Source of the DNA: an uncultured Candidatus Saccharibacteria bacterium
GTDB lineage: Bacteria; Patescibacteriota; Saccharimonadia; Saccharimonadales; Saccharimonadaceae
Assembly: GCA_963517175.1 (NCBI GenBank)
Contig: CAUQEY010000001.1
Coordinates: 1 to 40,857 of the forward strand
DNA: 40,857 bases
Reading direction: 5' to 3'
A program made the translations under genes and the position numbers. Below, piece after piece: positions 1-9,699 of this stretch (position 1 is its first letter; each line of letters opens with the position of its first letter). Under the pieces are notes generated by a model. It was not told the origin of the DNA. It was given only the letters and a program-made list of their open reading frames with translations, and made no database searches.

Positions 1-572
1 GCTTTCAACTGAGCCAATTTAATACCACGCTTAGTCAGGCTAGTAGTCTGGAAAATTTCACCATTTGGTAAAACTACTTCGATACGATCAGTGAAATAAT
101 AGATGCTGCCGTATTTTTTGGCGGCCTCATCGATGAGAGCGATGGAAATTAGGCCACCGATGGTCTGTTTTCTAGAGGCCACTACAGGAAGTTCTAGGCC
201 GAAGAGTGCCAGTGCATCGTTTAATTCACCGAGGGTGATGCCAGCTTTTACCCGTACTAGACTTTCACGAGTGTCAATTTCTTCGATGGTGTTAAATTTT
301 TCCATGGAAATTAAGAGACCGTCAGTCAGGTCGGCACCCGTAGTGTCGAGACCGGCGCCGCGTACACCAATTGGCAGTTTGTATCCCTTTTTGGCTAATT
401 TAGCACTAAAACGCAAGATAAACTGAATGTCTTCTGCAGTTTTCGGAATGCAAAGAAAGCGCGGCATCATTTCCAAGACGCTCATATCACGCGAATAGGC
501 TGCAAGAATCTCCGGTTTATCAGTGACAAGACCAGAAATATGCGCATTCAAAAACTTCGCAAGTTTATTCAT
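1..572 (-). CDS. FAD-binding oxidoreductase (GlcD/D-lactate dehydrogenase-like), runs off the window edge
   Basis: Hand translation from ATG at 572: MNKLAKFLNAHISGLVTDKPEILAAYSRDMSVLEMMPRFLCIPKTAEDIQ...VRGAGLDTTGADL...TIGGLI, matching the PCMH FAD-binding pattern. GGGTGG RBS upstream. Absent from the ORF track because it has no stop in the window. Confidence 0.75.
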   Translation of the reverse strand, partial: MNKLAKFLNAHISGLVTDKPEILAAYSRDMSVLEMMPRFLCIPKTAEDIQFILRFSAKLAKKGYKLPIGVRGAGLDTTGADLTDGLLISMEKFNTIEEIDTRESLVRVKAGITLGELNDALALFGLELPVVASRKQTIGGLISIALIDEAAKKYGSIYYFTDRIEVVLPNGEIFQTTSLTKRGIKLAQLK

Positions 573-683
573 GACCACCCTTTTTCATTAGTATTATTTT
601 AGCATAGACTTTTTAATTTTTGTAGTTGAATTATGGAATAATTCTGGTTTGATTTTGGTGAATGAATTTTTGTCGGCCAACTA

Positions 684-3600
684 CTATTTTAGGACCACAG
701 AATTTTCACCGACTAGATCTTTGAGGCCAGAAATCAACTCTGGACTAGCTTCGATGCGGAATGGCATGCGGAGCGGTTTTTTAATATCGCCGTCTTTGAG
801 TACGAGAATAATTTCCGAAAAACCTGGTGATTCATCACAAAGTTCACGAATCGAAGTGAGCGTGGCGGTATTTTGAGGATTTTCCACTAGAACGAAAAGC
901 TTAAGACTACGCGGATCAGCTTCGGGAGCGATGATACGCTTCGGAGCTTCGGATTCTTCCGATGTGGTGGTTTTAGCAGACCCGGCAGTGGCAGACTTGG
1001 CATTCTCAGATTTTACGGAAGTAGATTTAGTAGCTGCAGGCTTGTTTGACTTAGTGGTAGTGCCTGACTTGGTATCAGATGCGGATTTGTCAGAATCGCT
1101 TTTTTTGGCGGCCGGCTTTGAAATCGTGACGGTTGGAACATCGGTAGATTTTGGCTTGGCAGTATCTTCGCCAGCTGGCTTACGACGGCGGAACTCCTTT
1201 TTCGGGGCTTCCGCTGGGTCGGCCAGACGCGTACCGGTGGACTCATAAGAAGAGAGTTTGTCATCAGAAAGAACCGAGATGGATTCGGCGATAATTTTCA
1301 CATCAGAGGTAATATTACCGTCCTTATCTTTAGCGTTAATGCGACCAGTGACCTTAATTACATTGTCAACTGCGAGACGGTCACTATATTCTTCATAGGT
1401 CTTCGGGAAGACGAGGAATTCAAGTTCAGACGTCTTACTCTCAATCTTCACGAAGGCCATTTTGGTATTGGATTTCGTGAGAATGGTGCGAATATTGGTA
1501 ATAATACCCCCAACAATCACTTGCTTGCCGTCATTTTCCGGAGTAACTAGCGTGAAAGGATGGGTTTGTTCTTCGAAATAAGTATCGTATTTATCTAGTG
1601 GGTGGGCGGAAAGATAGAGACCCATCAAATCGCGCTCCCAGAGCAATTGGTCTTTTTCGGAGACTTGGGTAGGTGATGGCTGAATCACTGGTTCCGGGAT
1701 CGATCCGGCGTCACCCATCATCCCGAAGAGGTCAGTTTGGCCAGAGGCCTTATCTTTTTGGACTTTGGCGCCATAAGCCTGAATATCTTCAAGATTAAAA
1801 AGAAGGTCGGTACGATTATGGAAGCGATCAAAAGCACCAGTCTTAATAGCGGATTCCCAAGATTTTTTATTGAACTTGGAACCGTCGACACGAGCCGCAA
1901 AGTCACAAACTGACTTGAACGGACCGTTTTTGTCACGTTCCGGGATGACGATTTCCTCGACCAGAGCCTTACCCATACTCTTAATCGCGGCCAGACCAAA
2001 ACGAATGGTGTTTTCTCCGCCGACAATACCGAAGTCAGAATAAGACTGATTGATATCTGGACCTAGCACCTTAATCCCCATGCGCTTACACTCAGCGATT
2101 TCGATAGCTAGACGATCAGTCCAGCGCATATCAGAGGTCATTAGTGCGGCCATGAAGGCGTCTGGATAATGCGCCTTAAGATATGCGGTCCAATAAGCCA
2201 CCAAACCATAACACGCGGCGTGAGACTTGTTAAAACAGTAGTTAGCGAAGTCAAGCAGCTGCGACCAGAAAGTTTCGGCCTGTTCCTCAGTGGCGCCACC
2301 CACTTCTTGAGCACCTTTAATAAACTCTGGCTTCACCTTATTCATCAGGTCGACCTTCTTTTTACCCACCGCCTTACGAAGCGTATCTGCCTGACCACCA
2401 GTAAAGCCACACCATTCCTTGGAGATCTGCATGAACTGCTCTTGATAAATCAAAATACCGTAAGTAGATTTCAAAGCATTCTCGAGACCAGGGTGAAGAT
2501 AAGTAATCGGTTCTTCCCCGTGCTTACGACGAATAAAGGAATCAATAAACTGCATCGGGCCCGGACGATAAAGGGCCACCATAGCGATGATATCTTCAAA
2601 GCTACTGGCACGAAGATCTTTCAAATAGCGTTTCATACCGGCCGATTCAAGCTGGAAAACACCAGTGGTTTCGGCGCGTTGTAAAAGTTCATAAGATTTT
2701 TGATCATCGAGCGGAATACTATAAAGATCGACGTCATCATGATACACCTTACGAATCATACGCAAGGCATTATTAATCACGGAAAGGTTAGATAGGCCCA
2801 AGAAGTCCATCTTAAGTAGACCTAATTCCTCGACCTGGGTCGATGGATACTGCGTCGCCAGTGGACCCTTGGCGGAAACTTCAAGTGGTAAGAATTTGAC
2901 CAATTCATCCGGGGCAATCACCACACCACAGGCGTGCACACCGTGCGAACGAATCGTTCCTTCCAGTTTGGAGGCATAATCAATTACGCGCTTAGCGACC
3001 GGGTTGTGTTCATATTCATGTTTGAGATCGGGTGCGGTTTTGATGGCGTCAGTTAATTTGACATGGTGACCCATCACTGGATCTGGCACGAGTTTGGCGA
3101 TACGGTCAGCCTCGGCATAGGGCACCTCGAGTACACGCGCCACGTCACGCACGGCGTTTTTGGCCATCATTTTACCGAAGGTGACAATGTTGGCCACGCG
3201 ATCCTTGCCGTATTTTTCCGTACAATACTCAATCACCTCATCACGACGGGTATCCTGAATGTCGGTATCGATATCCGGCATCGAGATACGGTCTGGATTC
3301 AAAAAACGCTCGAAGAGAAGACCATATTTCATCGGGTCAAGCTCGGTAATACGCAAAGCGTAGGCTAGAATGGAACCAGCCGCAGAGCCACGGCCTGGGC
3401 CGTAAATAATACGCTTAGTCTTACCCCACATAATGAAGTCTTGCACGATCAAGAAGTAACCATTGTAGCCCATACGGTCGACAACGCTTAATTCATAATC
3501 GATACGTTCAAGAATTTCTGGAGATAATAGTTTGCGACATTCTTCAACCGACCAATCTTGTACCTCTTCCTGAGTTTTACCGCCATAGCGAAAAGCCAGG

Positions 3601-4634
3601 CCACGAAAAACCAACTTATCGAGATAAGTTTTATCGGTCTCACCCTCCGGCACGGGAAACTTCGGAATCAGGATACGCCCGAGTTTCATGTCGACGTCAC
3701 AACGTTCGGCAATCTTGCGAGAGTTTTTAATGGCGTCAGGATAATCTTTACCCCAACGGTCAATAATTTCCTGTGGTGGAATGACGTGAAGTTGAAAATC
3801 CTTCAAGGTCATACGATTTTGGTCGGAAAGATTGGCGGCCGTACCGATACAGAGGAGAATTTCATGAGCATCCTGGTCTTCGTGTTTGAGGTAATGACCA
3901 TCACAGGTAACCACGAGCGGCAAACCAGTTTCCTTGGCGATTTGCTGTAAACCTTGATTGATGCGATCTTGCACCTCCCAGTGGGTTGGTGACTCGGGGT
4001 GACCATGGTCTTGCATCTCGAGATAGAAGCGGTCTTTATAGACTTCTTTATACCAATCAACCAGTTTTCTGGCACCATCGATGTCGCCATTTTTTAGGCG
4101 CACGGAGATTTCCGAGCTAGCACAACCCGAGAGACAAATAATTCCCTCGTTGTATTTTTCCATAATTTCATGGTCAATACGAGGTTTATAATATTTACCA
4201 TTAATTTCCGCTTCGGTGGCGAGACGACAGAGATTTTCAAACCCCTGATCATTCATAGCGAGCAAGGTGATGTGATAACGCACCTTATCATGCGCGGGAT
4301 CCTTATCGGTGCGATTTCTAGCCGCCACATAGGCTTCGAGTCCGAGGATCGGTTTAATACCCGCAGATTGACCTTCCTTATAAAGTTCGATCAAGCTCGA
4401 CATGGTACCGTGGTCAGTAACGGCCACGGCTTGCATGCCGGTTTCTTTGACATACTTAATAAGATCTGGAACTTTCGTCAGACCATCAAGTAGTGAGTAA
4501 TGCGTATGGTTATGCAGATGCACAAAATCCGCCGGAGCCAAGATGTGCTCCGGTGAATCAATTTCTTCGCAAAACTTCAAAAAATCGTCGTTATTTGCCT
4601 CGGTAGATGGAGAGGCCTCTGCGGGCGCCGACAT
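684..4634 (-). CDS. dnaE: DNA polymerase III alpha subunit
   Basis: PHP domain (HLHNHTHYSLLDG, TDHG, CDGHY), GPGRGSAAGS, catalytic SMPDIDTD, FNKSH, clamp motif QTDLF, OB fold, and a long low-complexity linker before the C-terminal domain. Confidence 0.98.
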   Translation of the reverse strand: MSAPAEASPSTEANNDDFLKFCEEIDSPEHILAPADFVHLHNHTHYSLLDGLTKVPDLIKYVKETGMQAVAVTDHGTMSSLIELYKEGQSAGIKPILGLEAYVAARNRTDKDPAHDKVRYHITLLAMNDQGFENLCRLATEAEINGKYYKPRIDHEIMEKYNEGIICLSGCASSEISVRLKNGDIDGARKLVDWYKEVYKDRFYLEMQDHGHPESPTHWEVQDRINQGLQQIAKETGLPLVVTCDGHYLKHEDQDAHEILLCIGTAANLSDQNRMTLKDFQLHVIPPQEIIDRWGKDYPDAIKNSRKIAERCDVDMKLGRILIPKFPVPEGETDKTYLDKLVFRGLAFRYGGKTQEEVQDWSVEECRKLLSPEILERIDYELSVVDRMGYNGYFLIVQDFIMWGKTKRIIYGPGRGSAAGSILAYALRITELDPMKYGLLFERFLNPDRISMPDIDTDIQDTRRDEVIEYCTEKYGKDRVANIVTFGKMMAKNAVRDVARVLEVPYAEADRIAKLVPDPVMGHHVKLTDAIKTAPDLKHEYEHNPVAKRVIDYASKLEGTIRSHGVHACGVVIAPDELVKFLPLEVSAKGPLATQYPSTQVEELGLLKMDFLGLSNLSVINNALRMIRKVYHDDVDLYSIPLDDQKSYELLQRAETTGVFQLESAGMKRYLKDLRASSFEDIIAMVALYRPGPMQFIDSFIRRKHGEEPITYLHPGLENALKSTYGILIYQEQFMQISKEWCGFTGGQADTLRKAVGKKKVDLMNKVKPEFIKGAQEVGGATEEQAETFWSQLLDFANYCFNKSHAACYGLVAYWTAYLKAHYPDAFMAALMTSDMRWTDRLAIEIAECKRMGIKVLGPDINQSYSDFGIVGGENTIRFGLAAIKSMGKALVEEIVIPERDKNGPFKSVCDFAARVDGSKFNKKSWESAIKTGAFDRFHNRTDLLFNLEDIQAYGAKVQKDKASGQTDLFGMMGDAGSIPEPVIQPSPTQVSEKDQLLWERDLMGLYLSAHPLDKYDTYFEEQTHPFTLVTPENDGKQVIVGGIITNIRTILTKSNTKMAFVKIESKTSELEFLVFPKTYEEYSDRLAVDNVIKVTGRINAKDKDGNITSDVKIIAESISVLSDDKLSSYESTGTRLADPAEAPKKEFRRRKPAGEDTAKPKSTDVPTVTISKPAAKKSDSDKSASDTKSGTTTKSNKPAATKSTSVKSENAKSATAGSAKTTTSEESEAPKRIIAPEADPRSLKLFVLVENPQNTATLTSIRELCDESPGFSEIILVLKDGDIKKPLRMPFRIEASPELISGLKDLVGENSVVLK

Positions 4635-4937
4635 TTACTCCTCAGTGTCGTCGGTTAATTCTTCAGAAACTGCGTCTTCGACAGGCTCTACAACCTCGTC
4701 TTCAATCTCAGCAGCTTTCTTTGCAAATTTTTGCTTAAATTTTCCAAAATTAGTTTTCTGTTCGTGATAAATCTTGCCTAGATTCTCTTTTTGATCGCGG
4801 TAGATTTTGCCACCTTTGGCCTTAATTTCAGCACGAGTTTCTTTGCCAGACTTGGGAGCAGAAAGAACCCCAGCAATCGCACCAAGAGCCATACCAAATA
4901 TAGCACCGAGAACAAAATGACCAGTAGATTTTTTCAT
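4635..4937 (-). CDS. YtxH-domain protein
   Basis: FVLGAIFGMALGAIAGVLSAPKSGKETRAEI is the YtxH signature. AGGAGG RBS. Its stop abuts the dnaE ATG. Confidence 0.85.
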   Translation of the reverse strand: MKKSTGHFVLGAIFGMALGAIAGVLSAPKSGKETRAEIKAKGGKIYRDQKENLGKIYHEQKTNFGKFKQKFAKKAAEIEDEVVEPVEDAVSEELTDDTEE

Positions 4938-5059
4938 ATTCCTCCTTTTTGTTAATATATTTATATTATAACACGAACGAACAAGACCATAAATCGTTTT
5001 ATAACAGACATGATATAATTAACGCAATATACACTAAGAGCAATATGTAGTGAAAAAAC

Positions 5060-6310
5060 ATGGGAGATAGAAATAAAATGATTATTTGTATTTTTATAAT
5101 AATCATTGCCATTTTTGGCATAAATTTTACTATTGACTTATCGGACCAGGCGGGACTTGATCGTAATAACACGCCAATTCAAATTATGGAGGTTTCAGAT
5201 GAGTATACGTTAAATTATACTGAACATTCAAAAGTTCTAATTGGCAAAATTTCTGGTATTAGTAAATTCGTAAAACTCAAGGTAGCAGAACAAGATGTCG
5301 CCGTACAGAATCTTCGCAACCATATCGGGGAATTTGAATATGAGCTAAAAGACATACCTGAAGGTAAAAGTACAACCAATATCTCGGTCACTGACGGTAA
5401 GAGATCGACAACTAAAGCTGTAGGACTTAACCGTCAAACCAAGGAATCTTACGATAAAGAAAAATTAGAAGAAGCTATCTCTCGCGTTGAAAAATCTTTA
5501 GATGAGGCTGAAAGTAATCCTTTAGATGAAAATATTACAAAAATCGAACAATCCCTTAGCTCTCTACCAGATGAACTTAAAGGAAAATATCAGGACCGTC
5601 TAAATTCTGTAAAAAATACCCTAAAGTCCGCATCCGCTTCGAATACGGTGACTAAGACTAGCATGTATTCAGTAGCAAACGTAATCGATGGCGATACTAT
5701 AGATTTAGTAATTAACGGCAAGACTGAAAGAATTCGCATGATTGGTCTAGACACACCTGAAACCAAAGACCCTAGAAAACCGGTTCAGTGTTTTGGTCAG
5801 GAAGCCAGTCAGAGAATGCGTGAGTTGGTGAATGGGAAAAATGTATATATCGAACAAGATCCGACACAAGGTGAACGAGATAAGTACGGGCGTCTTTTAC
5901 TTTATATCTTTCTTGATGATAGGACAAATGTAGCATATAAAATGATTTATGATGGTTATGGTCACGAATACACCTATAATACTCCGCATAAATATCAAAA
6001 TCAGTTTAAGAATGCCCAAAAAGATGCAGAGAACAATAAGCGTGGTCTTTGGGCAGAAAACACTTGCGCTGGAGACACTAACAAATCCGCAGTAAAAGAA
6101 TCACCACAATCTAGTGCGCATCCAGCCCCAGCACCAAGCTATACTGCGCCAAAACCAGCAGCGCCAGTCTATGTAGCGCCAAACGCAGGAATGACATGTC
6201 CGGCGAACTGTACGCAAGCTAGACAATGGAGTATGGCTGGCATGAGAGCTGGTCATCCATGTTACTCACTAAAGCTTGATAGGGATAGAGACGGCATTGC
6301 TTGCGAATAG
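5060..6310 (+). CDS. Membrane-anchored thermonuclease (SNase) with C-terminal Excalibur Ca-binding domain
   Basis: N-terminal hydrophobic helix; VIDGDT, RIRMIGLDTPE, DKYGRLL and KRGLW SNase motifs; Pro/Ala linker; C-terminal NC...LDRDRDGIACE. Confidence 0.9.
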   Translation: MGDRNKMIICIFIIIIAIFGINFTIDLSDQAGLDRNNTPIQIMEVSDEYTLNYTEHSKVLIGKISGISKFVKLKVAEQDVAVQNLRNHIGEFEYELKDIPEGKSTTNISVTDGKRSTTKAVGLNRQTKESYDKEKLEEAISRVEKSLDEAESNPLDENITKIEQSLSSLPDELKGKYQDRLNSVKNTLKSASASNTVTKTSMYSVANVIDGDTIDLVINGKTERIRMIGLDTPETKDPRKPVQCFGQEASQRMRELVNGKNVYIEQDPTQGERDKYGRLLLYIFLDDRTNVAYKMIYDGYGHEYTYNTPHKYQNQFKNAQKDAENNKRGLWAENTCAGDTNKSAVKESPQSSAHPAPAPSYTAPKPAAPVYVAPNAGMTCPANCTQARQWSMAGMRAGHPCYSLKLDRDRDGIACE

Positions 6311-6350
6311 AGCATGCATAAATTTCTAGAATAGAATTATTTTAAGATAT

Positions 6351-6662
6351 TTATTTCGAAGTCTTTTTAGTGGCCGTCTTTTTCGCAGAAGTACGAGGTT
6401 TAGATGGATTAATAAAACTCATCAGCTTTTTAGCCAGAATATCCTTCACTAAACTTTTCGCAAGAGGTCCGACCGAGGTCATATCCTTGATATTATCTGC
6501 CACATCATCGGCTTTTTCGGCAATGGATTGACCAGTTTGCACCATGATTTCAATCTCAGAGAGTAGGTGAATGAATTTAACCAAGAAAATAATACCGACC
6601 ACCAGAAAGACCAACAAAGTCATTGATAAAATCGCTACTAAAATCCATTCTGCTGTATTCAT
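6351..6662 (-). CDS. Small membrane protein, DUF948/YtxG-like, Lys-rich tail
   Basis: One long TM helix, then an amphipathic helix, then KPRTSAKKTATKKTSK. AAAGG RBS and TGCTAAAAT extended -10 upstream. Family assignment tentative. Confidence 0.55.
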   Translation of the reverse strand: MNTAEWILVAILSMTLLVFLVVGIIFLVKFIHLLSEIEIMVQTGQSIAEKADDVADNIKDMTSVGPLAKSLVKDILAKKLMSFINPSKPRTSAKKTATKKTSK

Positions 6663-6705
6663 ATAAACCTTTCTGGTAACTATTTTAGCATAAGTTCGAT
6701 GAAAT

Positions 6706-6738
6706 AAAAAATATAACTGGAGCTGCCAGTTATATTTT
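6706..6738 (-). terminator. Intrinsic terminator after the galU-like gene
   Basis: AAAATATAACTGG-agctg-CCAGTTATATTTT hairpin with A/T tracts. Confidence 0.8.
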
Positions 6739-6771
6739 CTCGATTTGGTTTCCTTAGATTAGAAGTGAAAT

Positions 6772-7650
6772 TTAGATTTCGCGGATAAACTTCTTGATAT
6801 CTTCACCAAAATCTTCGTACATGAAATTATAGGCAAGTGAAGCAAGAGCGTAATTCTTTGGATCACCAGTAGTCATCCAACGACCCTTAGTTTTTTCGAC
6901 GTAGACGTTGCCAGTTTCGGCCATCTTAGTAATCGCATCGACCGTCCAGAGCTCATTATCGAGACCAATATTCTTTGGATCAAGATGTTCAAAAACTTCT
7001 GGAGTCAAAAGATAGCGACCATAGGAAGTGAGATTAGATGGAGCCTGTTCAATAGCTGGTTTTTCGATAATATTTTCGAGGGTTTGAAGTTCGGTGTCAC
7101 GAAGTTTGATAATGCCGTACTTATTCAAAACTTCGCGTGGCATTTCTTGAGAAATAATGATGGCCTTAGCATCTTCGTGTTTCTTATATGATTCGATCAA
7201 GGTCTTAATGTCGGAATTGCCGAAAACTACATCGTCAGAATAAGCTACCACGAAAGCCTCATCGTCACGGATGTAAGGACGGGCGGAAGCGATTGGTGAA
7301 CCATTACCATATGGATAGCTTTGATCTTGTTCAATGACGGTGATTTTTGGAAAATCTAACACGTGTTGCACAGGAGCGTAACGATCTAATTTGCCCTGAG
7401 AAGCAAGTTGCTTGCGGATACGGTTGACGGAATTATTAAAGTAATCCTCGTAGATACCTTTACCTTCTGGGGTAGCAACAATGATAATTTCTTTGATGCC
7501 GGCGTCCACACATTCTTCAACTACGAGTTGCATGATTGGGCGATTGCCAAGTGGGAGCATGGCCTTAGGTACGGTTTTAGTAATTGGTAGATAGCGGCTA
7601 GCAAAGCCAGCGTCAGTAATAACAGCCTTGGTAGGTAACTTATATTTCAT
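6772..7650 (-). CDS. Sugar-phosphate nucleotidyltransferase, GalU-like
   Basis: KAVITDAGFASRYLPITKTVPKAMLP, YSDDV, YGII, IIEKP...APSNL, GRYLL. Start moved to ATG 7650 (AGGAGA RBS); the longer ORF-track start lies inside the promoter. Confidence 0.85.
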   Translation of the reverse strand: MKYKLPTKAVITDAGFASRYLPITKTVPKAMLPLGNRPIMQLVVEECVDAGIKEIIIVATPEGKGIYEDYFNNSVNRIRKQLASQGKLDRYAPVQHVLDFPKITVIEQDQSYPYGNGSPIASARPYIRDDEAFVVAYSDDVVFGNSDIKTLIESYKKHEDAKAIIISQEMPREVLNKYGIIKLRDTELQTLENIIEKPAIEQAPSNLTSYGRYLLTPEVFEHLDPKNIGLDNELWTVDAITKMAETGNVYVEKTKGRWMTTGDPKNYALASLAYNFMYEDFGEDIKKFIREI

Positions 7651-7669
7651 AATTTCTCCTTGAGTCTTA

Positions 7670-7698
7670 ATTATACAAGATTGACGTACAATAGTCAA
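7670..7698 (-). promoter_or_regulatory. Sigma70 promoter of the galU-like gene
   Basis: TTGACT-N17-TATAAT on the minus strand. Confidence 0.8.
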
Positions 7699-7728
7699 AG
7701 ATTACAGGGGTGAATGAACTTGCTAAAT

Positions 7729-7754
7729 AAAAAATAGGGCACGTGGCCCTATTT
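7729..7754 (-). terminator. Intrinsic terminator after the DUF308-like gene
   Basis: AAATAGGGC-acgtg-GCCCTATTT hairpin; U-tract on the minus strand. Confidence 0.75.
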
Positions 7755-7764
7755 AGGATGAGTT

Positions 7765-8523
7765 TTATTTTTTAGAAATTTTCTTGGCAGTTGGCTTTTT
7801 GGTTTTCTTGGTAGCGGATTTTTTAACTGACTTATGTGCAGTTTTTTCACCAAGATTTTTTGATTTATAGGCACGATCTGGTTTTACAGAAAGTTCTTTA
7901 ATGGCGGCAATTTTCTTAGCATTCTTGACAGATTTAGCACGATATTCTTCGCGTTTTTCACGAAGTTCAGTTTCGTATTCGTGTTTTTGTTCCTTATTGT
8001 GGATGGCATAAATCAGATTAGAGATACCAAAAATCATCATGTAGGAGCCAAAATATTTAATAAATGGCAGATTACCGAGATGCCCCGCATTTACGACCAC
8101 GATGCCGATAATACAACCGGAAATACCAGTGAGAACCCAAATAAAACGGTCGGTCAAATCATCCACGGAGCCGAGACCAATGAAGATCTCCAGAATACCA
8201 CGCGTAATGGTGTAGAGACCAATGATGGCGAGGTGCCAGATGGCGTTCTGATCCTTGGCAAAGAGCATGGTGAAAGCTGTGGCGATTTCTAGGACGGCCA
8301 TGAGAAGTGAAAGACCCCAGGTTTCCTTCAAGTGGGTACGAGTGAGTAAGTTCAACATCTCGATAATACCGAGACCGAGCAAAACCGTACCGGCAATCAC
8401 GATAATTGCCTCGAGACTATTAAGGTTTGTGAAGAGGGCGTACCAGCCGAAAAGAAGTGCCAACACACCCTGCAATGCGAAGATTAGCCAGTGACTATCA
8501 ATGTATTTTCGCTTGATTGACAT
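7765..8523 (-). CDS. HdeD/DUF308-like membrane protein with Lys-rich C-terminal tail
   Basis: About six TM helices starting HWLIFALQGVLALLFG, followed by a highly basic tail. Confidence 0.75.
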   Translation of the reverse strand: MSIKRKYIDSHWLIFALQGVLALLFGWYALFTNLNSLEAIIVIAGTVLLGLGIIEMLNLLTRTHLKETWGLSLLMAVLEIATAFTMLFAKDQNAIWHLAIIGLYTITRGILEIFIGLGSVDDLTDRFIWVLTGISGCIIGIVVVNAGHLGNLPFIKYFGSYMMIFGISNLIYAIHNKEQKHEYETELREKREEYRAKSVKNAKKIAAIKELSVKPDRAYKSKNLGEKTAHKSVKKSATKKTKKPTAKKISKK

Positions 8524-8598
8524 ATAATTTTCCTTGTTAATTCTTATGCTTATTTTAGCATAAAAAAGAAAATAAAGCTGAGTTTACTGAAATATCAC

Positions 8599-8633
8599 AA
8601 AAAACCTCGAATTCGTTTTTGATAAATTCGAGG
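8599..8633 (-). terminator. Terminator of the murF-FemAB operon
   Basis: CCTCGAATT...AATTCGAGG inverted repeat followed by a U-tract on the minus strand. Confidence 0.65.
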
Positions 8634-8655
8634 CGTATTTAATTGACTAAAAATA

Positions 8656-9684
8656 TTAAACGTGACGCACTTTTCGGCGAAGAGTTTCAATTGGTAAAGT
8701 TTTAGTGTAATAGGAAATTTTATCCAAGACGAGATCTCTAGCTTCCAGATATTTTAACTCTTCCACGCCAAATCCACGTTTAAAAACTGAGACGCCATAG
8801 AAGCGATGTTTAGTGTCGTTTTCATCGACAATGCCCCAGAAATTATAGCGCTTAATACCACGTTTTCTGGCGTCGCGCATGGCTTCCATATGGAGAAGTG
8901 GAGCGCCGGAATACTTAGTACCGAGTTCGGAAGATACACCGTAATGATAAGAGGCTTCATTGCCGTAGAAAATCATGAAGTTTTCGGCAAGGATTTCACC
9001 ATTGAGCTTGGCGATGTAGAGCACCGCCTCGTTATTTTTGGCAAATGCAGCAAACTGTTTAGTGAGAAAATCTTCGGAAAAGGCATAAAAATCATGGCGT
9101 TTAGCGGTTTGCAATTCAATTTGATAAAAATCATGAATCGCTTTCGGGTCGGAAGTTTTTTCGATGGTGATTTGATTTTTCTCCGCTTTACGTAATGCAC
9201 GGCGCAGACGCTGACGCATATTTTTTAAGATTTCTTCTTCAGAGTTTTCTAGATTAAGCACACCAGCGAATTCGACTGAAAGATACATCGGAGCCTTACG
9301 GAAGCCGAGTTGCTGAAAAATCTTCGCGTTCTCTGGGGTATTCTCGAGTTGTGGGCGTACACGGACAAAAGTACATTTTAGCTTTTTTGCTTGCAGTTTC
9401 ATGTCATTAAAAATCAGTTTTTTAACTTCTTGGTTGGTCCAATCAAAAATCGGTCCACCAGCTACGGCAAGATGACGGCCACGCTTGGCGGGTTCGACTT
9501 CGCCAGCATAAACCCCGACGAGCTGGTTATTTTCGTCATAGATGCCACGACGCACAATATCAAAACCACGGGAGAAGTAGAATTCATAAAAATCCCAGGA
9601 TTGCAAAAAGTTAGCATCCTGATGCGCGGTGACGAATTCATCCCACTCAGATTGTTTTTCGACGGTTTTGACGGTGTATTTCAT
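8656..9684 (-). CDS. FemABX-family tRNA-dependent aminoacyl transferase
   Basis: NFLQSWD, GGPIFDW, FVRVRP, RYNFWGI, GVSVFKRGFG; FemX-like length (342 aa). Confidence 0.9.
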   Translation of the reverse strand: MKYTVKTVEKQSEWDEFVTAHQDANFLQSWDFYEFYFSRGFDIVRRGIYDENNQLVGVYAGEVEPAKRGRHLAVAGGPIFDWTNQEVKKLIFNDMKLQAKKLKCTFVRVRPQLENTPENAKIFQQLGFRKAPMYLSVEFAGVLNLENSEEEILKNMRQRLRRALRKAEKNQITIEKTSDPKAIHDFYQIELQTAKRHDFYAFSEDFLTKQFAAFAKNNEAVLYIAKLNGEILAENFMIFYGNEASYHYGVSSELGTKYSGAPLLHMEAMRDARKRGIKRYNFWGIVDENDTKHRFYGVSVFKRGFGVEELKYLEARDLVLDKISYYTKTLPIETLRRKVRHV

Positions 9685-9699
9685 AGTTTCCTTTTTAAT

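Noticed and set aside
103..426. Plus-strand 107-aa ORF
   Set aside because: Antisense shadow of the minus-strand FAD oxidoreductase.
684..4634. Intein in the long DnaE
   Set aside because: Extra length is explained by an N-terminal extension and the low-complexity linker; no intein splice or LAGLIDADG motifs seen.
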